Source: an uncultured Gammaproteobacteria bacterium
GTDB lineage: Bacteria > Pseudomonadota > Gammaproteobacteria > UBA9214
Direction of reading: 5' to 3'
Assembly (NCBI GenBank): GCA_963748215.1
Contig: CAVVHS010000007.1
Span: 224,001-288,000 of the forward strand
Length of the DNA: 64,000 nt
Of the stretch, positions 19,676 to 30,544 are shown in pieces. Made by a program: the position numbers and the translations under genes. The notes under the pieces are model-generated. The model ran no database searches. It saw only the letters and a program-made list of their open reading frames with translations, and had not been told where the DNA came from. Numbering within the stretch: position 1 is the first letter of the stretch; every line of letters starts with the position of its first letter.

Positions 19676-20030
19676 TGGCCACGGAAGCACACGGAATGAC
19701 ACGGAAATAAACACTGCATCCCGCCTTCTTGCGGAGGGTGTCGTAAAAGCTGTTCGTATGATCGTAGGGTGCGCTGTGCGCACCGTTGCCGGTGCGTGAA
19801 ACGCACCCTACATTCTATTCTTTAGATTTTTGTCCGCGGTTGCCGAGGTTCCTGCCCGCTAATTGATGCTCCTGCAGGAGCGGATCCCATCCGCGATCAT
19901 TTCAAACATCGCATCGCGCATGCCTCGGCAACTGCTCCTGCGTTGCTCTCGGCTCTGGCATCCTGCTTCGCTCTACCGAGTCCATCCATGGACTCGTACC
20001 TCCTGCATCCCTGCAGTCGTGTGCTCCTGC
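19676..20030. repeat. Mixed repeat cluster (R6, R2, R3) containing a nested insertion at 19923-20020
   Basis: R6 at about 19676-19706; R2 at 19763-19811; R3 from about 19873 onward, interrupted by two related elements of about 50 bp. Confidence 0.7.
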
Positions 20031-20084
20031 AGCCAATCGATGCACCGGCCGGGGTAGCAGAAAATTGTGCGCTGACCCGAATTT

Positions 20085-20657
20085 TCAAGCCACCAGCGGT
20101 ACCCCAATCAACCAGCCATGTCCCCAGAATACAAAGACGACATACAGTGCCAGGCCAAGCACAATTGCCAGTACATCGTTAATGCGGGACGCCGGCAGTG
20201 CCGGAACGACTTGTACAGGACGTTTTTTCAGGGAGATTCGATCCACCACTGCCCAGGTCAGAAATGATCCGAACAGGAGCACATCGGCGAGATTGCCGTT
20301 GGCCAGTAAATGGGCCAGGGCCCACAACTTGGTGGCGATGAGCATGGGGTGTTTGGTAACCGTCTGGATGCGCCCGGGTAAATAGGTTGCCAGCAACAGC
20401 GGAAACATGAATATCAGCAGCAACATGGCGCCATGTCGTAACCAGGCAGGGGGCAGATAAAGGACGACCGGGTCTTGCCGCGCCAGTCCATAACCCCAGA
20501 TAATAAGCAGCAGTCCGGCCAGGGCCGCCATGGAGTAAAGTCCCTGCCAGGAGAGAGTGCCGATGCGCGCGGCAATGCGATTTCGCCACGACACATTCAC
20601 AATAGAGATTGAATGGGTGGCGAAGAACAATAACAGTCCGATGATGAGCAGGCTCAT
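20085..20657 (-). CDS. nnrU: NnrU family membrane protein
   Basis: LIIGLLLFFATHS, HPMLIATKLWALAHLLANG and HGWLIGV. Confidence 0.85.
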   Translation of the reverse strand: MSLLIIGLLLFFATHSISIVNVSWRNRIAARIGTLSWQGLYSMAALAGLLLIIWGYGLARQDPVVLYLPPAWLRHGAMLLLIFMFPLLLATYLPGRIQTVTKHPMLIATKLWALAHLLANGNLADVLLFGSFLTWAVVDRISLKKRPVQVVPALPASRINDVLAIVLGLALYVVFVFWGHGWLIGVPLVA

Positions 20658-20919
20658 AGCGTTCCTCAAATCAGTGCTTAACTAACGGGGTCGGTGACAG
20701 CTGGGAAACATTAACACAGGTATCCTCTTGAATTCAGAGTCTAACAAACAATTCAATTCATATAGTCAGGTTAGCGGGCAAACTCCTCCAGGACAACAAA
20801 CAGTTATTTTCGACGGGTATTCTTCAGAAGAGGAGCCGATCCTGCGAGGGCATCAGCCGCTAAAACGCGCTGTTATCAATATCAGTGGCATGTACACTAC
20901 GGCACCGAAGCTAAATCAC

Positions 20920-22279
20920 ATGGAAATCCCTTTGCCCCGTAACCCTGGATTGATAGTCCTGCTCGTGCTTTTCCTGCAGCTGCTGTCTGGCTGTGCATCG
21001 TACGGCACAATCAGTAATCAACCCCTTGCCGATGTCGGGCCGATTGTAAGGTACTCGATCAATCATGCGGTGTATTCCCGTCGCTCAAACGAAGTCACCA
21101 TGGTATTGGCATTCTCGGGGGGCGGCACGCGCGCCGCTGCATTGGCTTACGGCGTTCTGGAAGCCCTGCGCGATACGCACGTCAACCTGGATGGCCAGTC
21201 ACGCCGACTGCTGGACGAGATCGATGCCATCAGCTCGGTTTCCGGGGGCAGTTTCACGGCAGCCTATTTTGGCCTGTATGGTGATGCAATTTTCACTGAT
21301 TACGAAAAAGACTTCCTGCGCAGTGATGTGTCCGGCGAGCTGGTGTCCGGTTTGCTTGACCCGGGGTTGTGGTTCTCGGAAGGCGGTCGTACTGAAATGG
21401 CGGTCGACTATTACGAGAAAAAGGTGTTCAAGGGGGCAACATTCGCTGACCTGCAGCGTCGGGAAGGACCCTTGATCGTGATCAATGCCACCGACCTTGG
21501 CCGGGGGGTGCGGTTTTCCTTTTTACAGGACTATTTCGATCTGCTGTGCTCGGACCTGTCTACTTTCCAGGTTGCCCGTGCCGTCGCCGCTTCATCCGCC
21601 GTGCCGTTGTTGTTCCACCCGGTGGTGCTGCAAAATCATCCGGGCTGTACGACTTACAGACAATCCTCCCCGGAAGAGCCGGGACGTCTGAAGAGCTCGC
21701 TCGCCACAGCTGGCACACGTGGTGGAAGGACTGAACAGTTATGCGCAGAAAGACCGGCGTCGCTATATCCATCTGGTCGATGGCGGCATTACCGATAACC
21801 TGGGTTTGCTGGCTATCTACGAAATGGTCGAGGTTGCCGGTGGTGCAAAAAACTTTCTTGATTCCATAGGGGGTGTACCCGCGCCACGTTTTATCATGAT
21901 ATCGGTGAACGCCTCGACATCACCACAATATGATATAGAGCTGACCAACGAGAACCCGTCAGTGGAAAACACGATCAACCTGGTGACCGACATTCAGCTG
22001 CATCGTACCAACGTTGCGACGCTGGAGCTGCTGAGCAACAGCATCAGGCGCTGGTCGAGTGATCTGTCCACTCCCGAAAGAACCGTGGAACCGTATTTTG
22101 TCGAGATTGATTTCAACCGGATCCCGCAGCCGGAGCGCAGGCAATATTTCAACCAGGTACCAACCAGCTTTTCTTTGAGCGAACAGCAGGTCGATGATCT
22201 GATTGCCGTTGCCCGCGAGCTGCTGCTGGGCAACACGGAATTTCAGCGCTTCATCCAGGATCTGGGGAGGCAGGAATAG
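20920..22279 (+). pseudogene. Patatin-like phospholipase (lipoprotein), split by a frameshift at about 21640-21715
   Basis: Lipobox LSGC, SGGGTRA and SVSGGS in the first ORF; the DGG motif (LVDGGITDN) lies in the second frame (21719-22279); may be a sequencing indel. Confidence 0.75.
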
Positions 22280-22523
22280 CAGGGCCAGACCCCGGCATGT
22301 CTAGTGGCGGCTGTAACTAACTGATTCCATGATTCTAGATTGCCATGCCTGGCGCGACCACCTGTACCTCCCGGTACAGTGCGCTCGCAATACGGAACCC
22401 GATGTCTGTCCCCGGTTTCGGTCTGTTGACCGTTTTCCATTCCGGATTATTTCTAGGTAGTATGCCTGCCATGTGTAACCATAAATTATATGCAGGCGCG
22501 GGTTGCGCTCCTGGTCCTGGCGC

Positions 22524-22892
22524 ATGAGCGAGCAATCGCCAGAAGGCATTGTCTCGAAATTCCTCGATGCTATCGAGGCGCGTGATTTCGACCTTGCGCG
22601 GCGCTACCTTTCAGATACACAGTTTGCCTACCGCAGTCCGGTCTCGAGGACCGATAGTGCGAATACCTTCATCGCCCTCGTTTCCCGTATCGGCCCTATT
22701 CTCGAGCGGATCGAACGACGCAGAACATTTGTCGACGGCGGTGACGTCTGCAGTATCCTGCAGTACAGGACAACCATGGAGGCCATCAGGGACGTGCCCG
22801 TCGTCCAGCTCGCGACGGTGGCTGCTGGAAAAATCGTTGCCCTGGAAGTCTTTTTCGATGCAAGCGAATACAACAGGATGCTTGATGGATAA
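22524..22892 (+). CDS. SnoaL/NTF2-like protein
   Basis: IVSKFLDAIEARDFD.A...L and GKIV.LEVFFD pattern. Confidence 0.75.
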   Translation: MSEQSPEGIVSKFLDAIEARDFDLARRYLSDTQFAYRSPVSRTDSANTFIALVSRIGPILERIERRRTFVDGGDVCSILQYRTTMEAIRDVPVVQLATVAAGKIVALEVFFDASEYNRMLDG

Positions 22893-22957
22893 CAATACCC
22901 AGAGGGGTCGGTCTGGCCCCGTCTGGTTCGATTAATCGCGGGACTGAGGAGAATGCC

Positions 22958-23563
22958 ATGCAAGTCAAAGAAGCCGTACGCGCACGGCGCGCAATCAAGT
23001 GGTATGAGGCCGGGCACCGCATGCCGGAGCAGACCTTCCAGACGCTGATGGAGCACGCCATTCTCGCGCCAACGGCGTTCAACATTCAGAACTGGCGCTT
23101 TGTGCGTGTTACTGATCCGGAACAGCGCAAGGCGATTCGTGCAGTGGCCTGGGATCAGGCACAGGTCACGGATGCGTCCGAGTTGCTGGTGCTGTGCTTC
23201 GACAACAAGTCATGGGAGCGTGAGCCGCAGCGTTACTGGTCCAACGCGCCGCAGGAAGTGCAGGACTTTCTCGTACCGGCGATCGACGTCTATTACCGGG
23301 ATAAACCGCAGGTCGAACGTGACGAGGGCATGCGCTCCTGCGGGCTGGTCGGGATGACAATTATGTTGATGGCCCAGGAGCTGGGTTATCAGAGCTGTCC
23401 GATGGATGGCTTCGATTTCGACGCCGTCGCCGGCATCATCAACCTGCCCAAAGAACATACGATTGCCTTCATGCTCGCGATTGGCAAGGGCACCAAGGAA
23501 TCGTGGCCGAAGCCCGGGCAGCTGCCGCTGGACGAGGTGATGGTAAACAATCGTTTTGGTTAA
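22958..23563 (+). CDS. Nitroreductase family protein
   Basis: RRAIK, APTAFNIQNWRFV and SCPMDGFDFD; GAGGAG RBS. Confidence 0.9.
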   Translation: MQVKEAVRARRAIKWYEAGHRMPEQTFQTLMEHAILAPTAFNIQNWRFVRVTDPEQRKAIRAVAWDQAQVTDASELLVLCFDNKSWEREPQRYWSNAPQEVQDFLVPAIDVYYRDKPQVERDEGMRSCGLVGMTIMLMAQELGYQSCPMDGFDFDAVAGIINLPKEHTIAFMLAIGKGTKESWPKPGQLPLDEVMVNNRFG

Positions 23564-23588
23564 AGGGTAGGGGTTGCTCATGAAAAAC

Positions 23589-23928
23589 GGATCTTCCCCA
23601 GATTGAGCAGGTCACACATCAATTCAGGCGAGACGCATCGCTTCTGATGGCAAGGTTGTTGGCCGAATGAATTCGGCCCTGCGGTGGGGTCGAATTCATT
23701 CGACCATTTGCGAACCAGCAGGCGTGCTGCGGTGATATCCGTGAACAATCCATGACGACCGCGGGTAACCGTGGTGATGCAATAGACTTGATGGTGCAGG
23801 GTATGACGCTCACCTGCGCAAAGCGTCACAGGAAATGGCGACCTCCATGTCTCCAATGGCAACAGGCGGTTGGCCGAATGAATTCGGCCCGACAACGGCA
23901 ATCCACCCACTCGATTTGGGGAAGAGCC
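23589..23928. mobile_element. MITE-like element family D, copy D1, carrying three R1 REPs and the 151-bp spacer
   Basis: TIR TCTTCCCCAGATTGAG / CTCGATTTGGGGAAGA; both ends match 25690-25817. Confidence 0.6.
23717..23867 (+). repeat. 151-bp dispersed repeat, copy 2
   Basis: Matches the reverse complement of 6890-7040. Confidence 0.8.
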
Positions 23929-24006
23929 ATGAAAACAGGGGCCAGTGCCACTGCTGTCCCACAGAATCATCAGGAAAGTTTATTGAATGCGGCTATTCCA
24001 GTGATT

Positions 24007-24119
24007 AGGAAAACTCTGATCTATTCACTTTTCGTCATCCCGGCGAATGTCAGGATCCAGGTCATTCAACCCCATGGATTCCGGCTTCCGCCGGAATGAC
24101 GAATAAATCAGACGTTCCT
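24007..24119. mobile_element. MITE family C, copy C1 (TIR-flanked R5 REP doublet)
   Basis: AGGAAAACTCTGAT ... ATCAGACGTTCCT enclosing CGTCATCCCGGCG...GCCGGAATGACG. Confidence 0.6.
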
Positions 24120-24562
24120 TGGATTGTATTGAGCGGTACCTGGACATGAAAATCCAGAACAACAATGATGTCCTGCCCGCGAAGGCGGTATCCACTAACT
24201 CACTGATTGGCCGGGCGCAAAAACCCTGGATTCCCGTCTTCGCGGTTATGACGGCTATGTGGGCCGGTACCATTTTTGATACTCACGTACCAGATAATCA
24301 TGGCTGGCAGGAGAACAGGGGTGCTGACCCCATATCCCCGGATTTAACCGGGTGAGACTTGATGCTGTTGCATACGCCCCCTTCCCTGGTATGCCCCGGC
24401 AGGGTTTTGGGCGGTAGCGCACAGTAAAAGTCGCCGATCCAGATGAAATTAGGTATCAGGAATTATCGGGATCTGCCCCCGTTTTTTGTGGTGCCTGATA
24501 ATTGCCGGGATATGGGCAAGTCTGGACAACGTGGCTCAAATTGGCGGTAAGGAGAGGGTGAT

Positions 24563-25549
24563 ATGACGGTTACTGACAATCAGGGTGATGTGAAGCAGGT
24601 GATGGCAGGGCTATTCGGCCTCTTGAAAGCAAATTCCTGTACTTTGAACCGTTTCATGGCCAGCGCACTGGCCGCCACCCTGTACGTCTCGTCCTTGCCG
24701 GCCTTCGCCGCCGTCACTCTCACCCAGTGGGGTGCCACCGCCCGCACCGACAGCGCCGACTGCACCGGGTCGTTCTTTGGCGGCTGCAATATCTTCGAAC
24801 TGTCACTGGAGGAAGGTGAAACGGTCGGTGGCAGCCAGACTTCATCGGCCACCATCGGTTCCGCGTCAGCGGGCAGCACCACCGGCCTGCAGGGCCGGGG
24901 CAGCGCCGGCGCCAGCGTCCAGATCCCCGCCAGCGGGCTCAGTGTACCGGTACTGCGGGCCCGGGCCGAATCCAGCATGGATAATTTCTTTGTCAGTGGC
25001 GCTGCGCTGGCTATACAGGCTTACCAGTTTACCGGTGCCGACAATACCGACATCAGCCTGGATGTAAGCCTGGATGGTTTCGTCAACAAGCCCCTCAGCT
25101 CATCGGACCTTACGGGGCTGGAGGTGAACGTCTGGATCATGAGTGCCAGCGCCCCGTTTATCTTTCCGGCCAATCCGGTACCGGTAGCGGAGCTGGTGGC
25201 CCAGATCTTCCTGGACAGCTTTCCTGTCGACCCCTTCATCGCCTCCATGGCCTGGGATGCGGCCGACAATGGAACCGGCGCCATTAACCGCAGCACCACC
25301 AGCACCGATGTGGCTGACCGGCTAAAATTCACCCTCGACAACGGTGATGAGTTCTACCTGATGGCGGCGCTGAGTGCAGGCGCTGACGGGAATGGTGCTT
25401 CCGCCATTTCCTGGAGCACCCTGACCATGGATTTCAACACCCAGGAACTGCTGACCGCTTCGGCGGTGCCGCTGCCTGCGGCGGTATGGCTGTTCGGTAC
25501 AGGCCTGCTGGGTCTGGTCGGGATAGCAAGGCGCAAGAAAGCGGCGTAG
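24563..25549 (+). CDS. VPLPA-CTERM (PEP-CTERM-type) exosortase-targeted surface protein
   Basis: C-terminus VPLPAAVWLFGTGLLGLVGIARRKKAA; Ser/Thr/Gly-rich body; the true start may lie downstream. Confidence 0.88.
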   Translation: MTVTDNQGDVKQVMAGLFGLLKANSCTLNRFMASALAATLYVSSLPAFAAVTLTQWGATARTDSADCTGSFFGGCNIFELSLEEGETVGGSQTSSATIGSASAGSTTGLQGRGSAGASVQIPASGLSVPVLRARAESSMDNFFVSGAALAIQAYQFTGADNTDISLDVSLDGFVNKPLSSSDLTGLEVNVWIMSASAPFIFPANPVPVAELVAQIFLDSFPVDPFIASMAWDAADNGTGAINRSTTSTDVADRLKFTLDNGDEFYLMAALSAGADGNGASAISWSTLTMDFNTQELLTASAVPLPAAVWLFGTGLLGLVGIARRKKAA

Positions 25550-25569
25550 CCGTTAATCCAGTATCAGTG

Positions 25570-25595
25570 AAAACGGCGGCTTAGGTCGCCGTTTT
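25570..25595 (+). terminator. Rho-independent terminator
   Basis: AAAACGGCGGC-TTAG-GTCGCCGTTTT downstream of the VPLPA-CTERM gene. Confidence 0.7.
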
Positions 25596-25689
25596 GCATT
25601 GTGCTAACGGTGCGAATGTAGCCGGAACAGGAATTACACGTTCATTCGTACAGAAAAGGGGACAGATTTATTTTCGTAGAGAAAAACAG

Positions 25690-25817
25690 GGTCTTCCCCT
25701 GAATGAGTGGGTAACACGTCAATTCAGACGAGACGCATTGCTGCTGATGGTAAGGTTGTTGGCCGAATGAATTCGGCCCTGCAACGGTAATCTATCCACT
25801 CAGTCAGGGGAAGAACC
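25690..25817. mobile_element. MITE-like element family D, copy D2, with one R1 REP
   Basis: TIR TCTTCCCCTGAATGAGTGG / CCACTCAGTCAGGGGAAGA (1 mismatch). Confidence 0.6.
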
Positions 25818-25898
25818 GAAAAATAAATCTGCTCCTTTGCTTTATTCTCCACGTTTCCGTGAATTATTATGCACTGACCCTCATTGGCGGAGACAGAT

Positions 25899-26417
25899 AT
25901 GCTGAATAAGCTTGCACGCATCGGCAACAGCCGTCTTTACTGGCTGGCACTGGTCCTGATCGGTTTTTCGATGGAAGCGGTCGCGCTGTTTTATCAGTAC
26001 GGGCTGGATGAAATGCCCTGCGTGCTGTGCATCCAGGTGCGCCTCTGGGTGATGGCCCTGATCATTGTTGCGCTGCTGGTGTTGTCGCTGCACCGATTGA
26101 GATTCATGCCTCTCCTGGGGCATCTGCTGACGGTGGTGATTGCAGCGGGGCTGCTGGAGCGGTCCTACCAGCTGCTGGGCACGGAACGCGGGTTTGTGGT
26201 CGGGGAATGCGGCTTTCTCCTCGGCCTGCCGGCCTGGTTCACGCCCGACAAGTGGTTCCCGAAGCTGTTCGAGGTGCAAACCTCCTGTGGTTACACGCCG
26301 GAGTTGCTGTTCGGGGTCACCATGGCGGAGGCCCTGATCGTGATGTCTTGTGTGTTTGTGCTGGTCAGTGTCGCCATGTCGATAGCGGCCATATCGATCG
26401 GCCGTTCGGCCGATTAA
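25899..26417 (+). CDS. dsbB: Disulfide bond formation protein B
   Basis: ALFYQY...PCVLCIQVR; second Cys pair (ECGF...SCG); four TM segments. Confidence 0.85.
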   Translation: MLNKLARIGNSRLYWLALVLIGFSMEAVALFYQYGLDEMPCVLCIQVRLWVMALIIVALLVLSLHRLRFMPLLGHLLTVVIAAGLLERSYQLLGTERGFVVGECGFLLGLPAWFTPDKWFPKLFEVQTSCGYTPELLFGVTMAEALIVMSCVFVLVSVAMSIAAISIGRSAD

Positions 26418-26672
26418 CGTCCGCTTCCACAGGGGCGCGCAGGACGAGGGATAAAATACGGGGTGCATTCTACGTACCGCACCCTGCTTACCATGGCGGT
26501 TAAAGATCGCGCTTGGGAAGCGCTCCTACCACCCCTGTTGATGCAGCGGCAGGAGTCAGGCTGTGGACTCGGCAATTACGCCCGGTTCCAGCCACCACGC
26601 CGGCAAGGTGTATTGCACCGCGGGCTGTTTGCTATACTCGCCTCTACACGACAAGCAGGCACGGAATCCGTC

Positions 26673-27098
26673 ATGGACCTGATAAAACTGGAAGAACACC
26701 TTAAGCTTAACATTCCCGAAATTGATGCTCAGCACGAGGAATTGATCGGGCTGATCAACCGGCTTCATGAAACCATGCTGCAGGGGGCGGAGAAGGCGGC
26801 ACTGGATGACCTGCTGTCGCAGCTGATAGAACATACACGGACTCACTTCGCCACTGAAGAGCAGTTGATGTCGCAGTACGGCTATCCGGCATTCGAGGCG
26901 CACAAGTCAGAACACTCCAGGCTCATGCAACACCTGGAGGGCCTTGCAAAGCGTTATGACGATGGAGAGCTGCTCCTGTCGTTCGCCGTCGTGCTTGAGC
27001 TCAAGGCCTGGGCGATGGTTCATATCGAGAAGTCCGACAAGCCGCTGGGTGCCTATATCATCAGCCGGGAGCGGGGCGAGACAGCACCGGGCAAGTGA
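26673..27098 (+). CDS. Bacteriohemerythrin
   Basis: IDAQHEEL, HF.TEE.LM, H..EH and W...HI...D iron-ligand pattern. Confidence 0.9.
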   Translation: MDLIKLEEHLKLNIPEIDAQHEELIGLINRLHETMLQGAEKAALDDLLSQLIEHTRTHFATEEQLMSQYGYPAFEAHKSEHSRLMQHLEGLAKRYDDGELLLSFAVVLELKAWAMVHIEKSDKPLGAYIISRERGETAPGK

Positions 27099-27176
27099 GC
27101 GTCGGTCGGCTCGGGCATCACAACAATAGACGGACAGTGCGTTATTGAGCGTCCGCGACCGGGAGCGTCCTGGACC

Positions 27177-27461
27177 GGGTCGGACCTCCTGATGATATTG
27201 AAAAACAGGAAAATCATCCGAGATTAGAGCGCTATTAAGGCCTTGGAAGCCCTGTTTCATGTATGAAATGGCGGCTTTAAGGAGCAGCATCATTTCGTGC
27301 GAAACGTTGTTTCAATGTCTGGGCGGGTATGACCTGCCGTCCCGGGGCCCGGGGACGATAGCGTATCGATTTCAGGCGGAGAATGCGTGTGATAAGCGCC
27401 TGGAATGCTGCATTTATAGACCAATCTTCAGTTGAAACAGCATATTACGGAGGTCCGACCC
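27177..27461. mobile_element. MITE-like element family B, copy B1 (285 bp)
   Basis: TIR GGGTCGGACCTCC / GGAGGTCCGACCC; the interior aligns with 32320-32605. Confidence 0.75.
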
Positions 27462-27613
27462 GTTAGGTTTCAGTCGCTGGCGCCATAGTGGTCATGATAC
27501 ACCGGACACCACGGTTTTGGTGGCTACGCGGGAGGGATTGATCGAGTATCCGATATCGGAGCAGCTGGGCGAACAATAACCGGAGCCAGACACCGAATTT
27601 CTAGGAGCCACAG

Positions 27614-28582
27614 ATGAACAAGCTCGAGCAATTGAAGAAAATGACTACCGTGGTGGCTGATACCGGCGATATCGATGCCATCGCTGCCTATACACCTACG
27701 GACGCCACAACCAATCCTTCGCTGTTATTCAAGGCTGCGCAAAAGCCCGAGTATGTGCACTTGTTGCAGGATGCAATTGACTACGCCATGGCGCGCAGTG
27801 GGCAGATGGAAAGCCGTGCGATTGACATGATGGATAAGTTGGCGGTGAACTTCGGGGCCGAGATACTCAACATCATTCCCGGACGCATCTCAACTGAGGT
27901 GGATGCGCGTCTATCCTTCGATGCCGAGGCAACCGTTGCCCGGGCTGAAAGCCTGATGAATTTGTATGAACTAGCCGGGGTTGATGCCTCAAGGGTGCTC
28001 ATCAAGGTGGCCTCTACGTGGGAAGGCATACAGGCCGCTGGCGAACTGGAGCGGCGTGGAATCCACTGCAACCTGACCCTGATGTTCAGCCTGGCGCAGG
28101 CGATTGCCGCAGCCGAGGCTGGCGTTACCCTGGTCTCGCCTTTTGTGGGTCGTATCATGGACTGGTACAGGAAGGCGGAAGGTGTCGATGGTTACGCGGC
28201 TGAATTGGATCCGGGCGTTCAGTCGGTCACCCGCATTTACAACTACTACAAGTACCACGGCTACTCTACAGTCGTAATGGGTGCGAGCTTTCGCAACAGC
28301 GGTGAAATCCTGGAACTTGCGGGATGCGACCTGCTGACTATCTCGCCCGATCTGATGGAAGAGCTGCGTGGTAGCGATGATGACGTGCCGCGTCGCCTCG
28401 ATCCGGAAAAGGCGAGAGGTATGAAGATAGAGGCGATTCCGATGCATGAACCGGCGTTTCGCTGGATGATGAACGAAGACCCTATGGCTACCGAGAAATT
28501 GGCGGAGGGTATCCGTAATTTCGCCAAGGACGCGTTAAAACTCGAGGCGTTCGCGTGTCAGAAATGTGCGGAGCACGGGTGA
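27614..28582 (+). CDS. tal: Transaldolase
   Basis: [47 protein letters not shown] and VMGASFRN. Confidence 0.97.
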   Translation: MNKLEQLKKMTTVVADTGDIDAIAAYTPTDATTNPSLLFKAAQKPEYVHLLQDAIDYAMARSGQMESRAIDMMDKLAVNFGAEILNIIPGRISTEVDARLSFDAEATVARAESLMNLYELAGVDASRVLIKVASTWEGIQAAGELERRGIHCNLTLMFSLAQAIAAAEAGVTLVSPFVGRIMDWYRKAEGVDGYAAELDPGVQSVTRIYNYYKYHGYSTVVMGASFRNSGEILELAGCDLLTISPDLMEELRGSDDDVPRRLDPEKARGMKIEAIPMHEPAFRWMMNEDPMATEKLAEGIRNFAKDALKLEAFACQKCAEHG

Positions 28583-28622
28583 TAAAGAATCGATTATTTG
28601 TATGACCACTTTTTCAGCTGGT

Positions 28623-30446
28623 TTATGCCTGTCCGGAGGCAGGTTGCTCCAGGGGCTCCGGTGTATCCCGGAACTGCAATGCCGCCAGCCGCGCATAGAG
28701 CCCGTGTGCAGCGACCAGTTCGTCATGGCGACCGCTGGCGACGATACGGCCGTGGTCCATCACCAGGATCTGGTCTACCTTGCGTACCGTCGCAAGCCGA
28801 TGCGCGATAACCAGCGTGGTGCGCGTCTGCATCAGTTGTTCCAGGGCGTCCTGGACCAGGCGTTCGCTTTCGGCGTCCAGGGAGCTGGTGGCCTCGTCGA
28901 GCAGCAGCACGGCCGGATCGCGCAGAATGGCGCGGGCAATGGCGATGCGCTGACGTTGTCCACCGGACAGCCGGACGCCGCGTTCACCGAGGAAGGTATC
29001 GAAGCCCTGCGGTAACTGGTCGAGAAATTCCGCCGCATGTGCGGCTTCGGCGGCGCGCCGTACATCGGCATCGTTGACCACGGGAAATCCGTAGCGGATG
29101 TTCTCCCAGGCATCGGCGCCGAAGATGACCGGGTCCTGCGGCACCAGCGCCATGCGCTGACGCAGCTGTTGCGGATCGGCCTGGCGGATATCGACACCAT
29201 CGAACCGAATCACGCCGGCGTCCGGATCGTAGAAGCGCAACAGCAGTTGCAAGACAGTTGACTTGCCGGCGCCCGACGGGCCGACCAGCGCCACCTTCTG
29301 GCCGGGTTGCAGGGTCAGTGTGAGTTCGCTGAGCGCAGGACTATCGGGCCGTGACGGGTAGCGGAAGGTGACATTGCTTAACTGCACCTCGCCACGTGCC
29401 GGTTCGGGCAGTGCCACGGGTGCGGCCGGCATGTCGATGGCAGGTTCGGTGTTGAGCAGTTCCAGCAGGCGTTCGGTGGCGCCGGCGGCACGCAGCAGGT
29501 CACCGGCCACCTCGCTCAGCGCGCCTACCGACCCGGCGACCAGCAAGGAATAAAATACAAAGGCCGAGAGCTGCCCGCCGCTGATACGCCCGGCCAGTAC
29601 ATCATGGCCACCCACCCACAACACGATACTGACCGCGAAAAACGTGAACAACATCACCGTGGCCGTGAGCAGTGCGCTGACGCGGGTGCGTCGAATCGCG
29701 GCATCGAAAGCGGCCTCCACCTGCTCGCCGTAACGCCGGCGGTCGATGTGCTCGTGACAGAACGCCTGCACGGTGCGGATACCGTAGAGCACTTCATCGA
29801 TCATGGCGCCGATATCGGCAATCCGGTCCTGGCTGTTGCGCGACAGGCTGCGTACCCGGTGCCCGAGCAGCCACAGCGGAATCACCGCAAGGGGTACGCC
29901 AAGCAATACCAGCAACGCCAGCTTGCCGCTGGTGATGGTCAGCATTACCAGTCCGCCGCTGATCAGCAAAGCATTACGCACCGCGATCGCCAGCGTCGAA
30001 CCGACCACCACCTGCAGCAGCGAGGTATCCGTGGTCAGGCGCGAGATGACTTCGCCGGTGCGGGTCACTTCGAAAAACGCCGGTTCCAGCTTGAGCACCC
30101 GGGCGAACACCGCCTTGCGGATATCGGCCACCACCCGTTCGCCGATCCAGGTGACCAGGTAGACGCGGGCCGCCACCGAGGCCGCCATCACCGTGACCAC
30201 CGCCAGGAACAGCGCCAGCGCCTGGTTGAGCGCCGTTCCCGAACCGCTGCTCAGGCCGTGATCGACCACCCGTTGCAGGACCACACCGAAACCGAGCACG
30301 GCGCCGGCCGCGATCAGCAATGCGACTACCGCACCCAGCACCGCGCTGCGGTAGGGTCGCAGAAAGGTGAACAGCTGCTTCAGTACGCGAAGATCGCGGC
30401 TGGGTGGACGCTGTTCGGCCAGTGTGGTTTGTTTGTTTCTTGGCAT
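28623..30446 (-). CDS. ABC transporter fused permease/ATPase (MsbA-related)
   Basis: TM domain with GERVVADIR; GPSGAGKST, LSGGQRQRIAIARA and LDEATSSLD. Confidence 0.92.
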   Translation of the reverse strand: MPRNKQTTLAEQRPPSRDLRVLKQLFTFLRPYRSAVLGAVVALLIAAGAVLGFGVVLQRVVDHGLSSGSGTALNQALALFLAVVTVMAASVAARVYLVTWIGERVVADIRKAVFARVLKLEPAFFEVTRTGEVISRLTTDTSLLQVVVGSTLAIAVRNALLISGGLVMLTITSGKLALLVLLGVPLAVIPLWLLGHRVRSLSRNSQDRIADIGAMIDEVLYGIRTVQAFCHEHIDRRRYGEQVEAAFDAAIRRTRVSALLTATVMLFTFFAVSIVLWVGGHDVLAGRISGGQLSAFVFYSLLVAGSVGALSEVAGDLLRAAGATERLLELLNTEPAIDMPAAPVALPEPARGEVQLSNVTFRYPSRPDSPALSELTLTLQPGQKVALVGPSGAGKSTVLQLLLRFYDPDAGVIRFDGVDIRQADPQQLRQRMALVPQDPVIFGADAWENIRYGFPVVNDADVRRAAEAAHAAEFLDQLPQGFDTFLGERGVRLSGGQRQRIAIARAILRDPAVLLLDEATSSLDAESERLVQDALEQLMQTRTTLVIAHRLATVRKVDQILVMDHGRIVASGRHDELVAAHGLYARLAALQFRDTPEPLEQPASGQA

Positions 30447-30544
30447 ATCGCCGTATTAACAGGGCCGCATACCGGTGAGTAATCGAGGTCAGATCCAGAT
30501 TCTTCCTGAATATTGGCGGAAACCGGGATCTGGCATCGATTGAA

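Noticed and set aside
20739-20776. attC-like GTCTAAC...GTTAGC
   Set aside because: Too short, no internal L-box dyad, single copy and no integron integrase.
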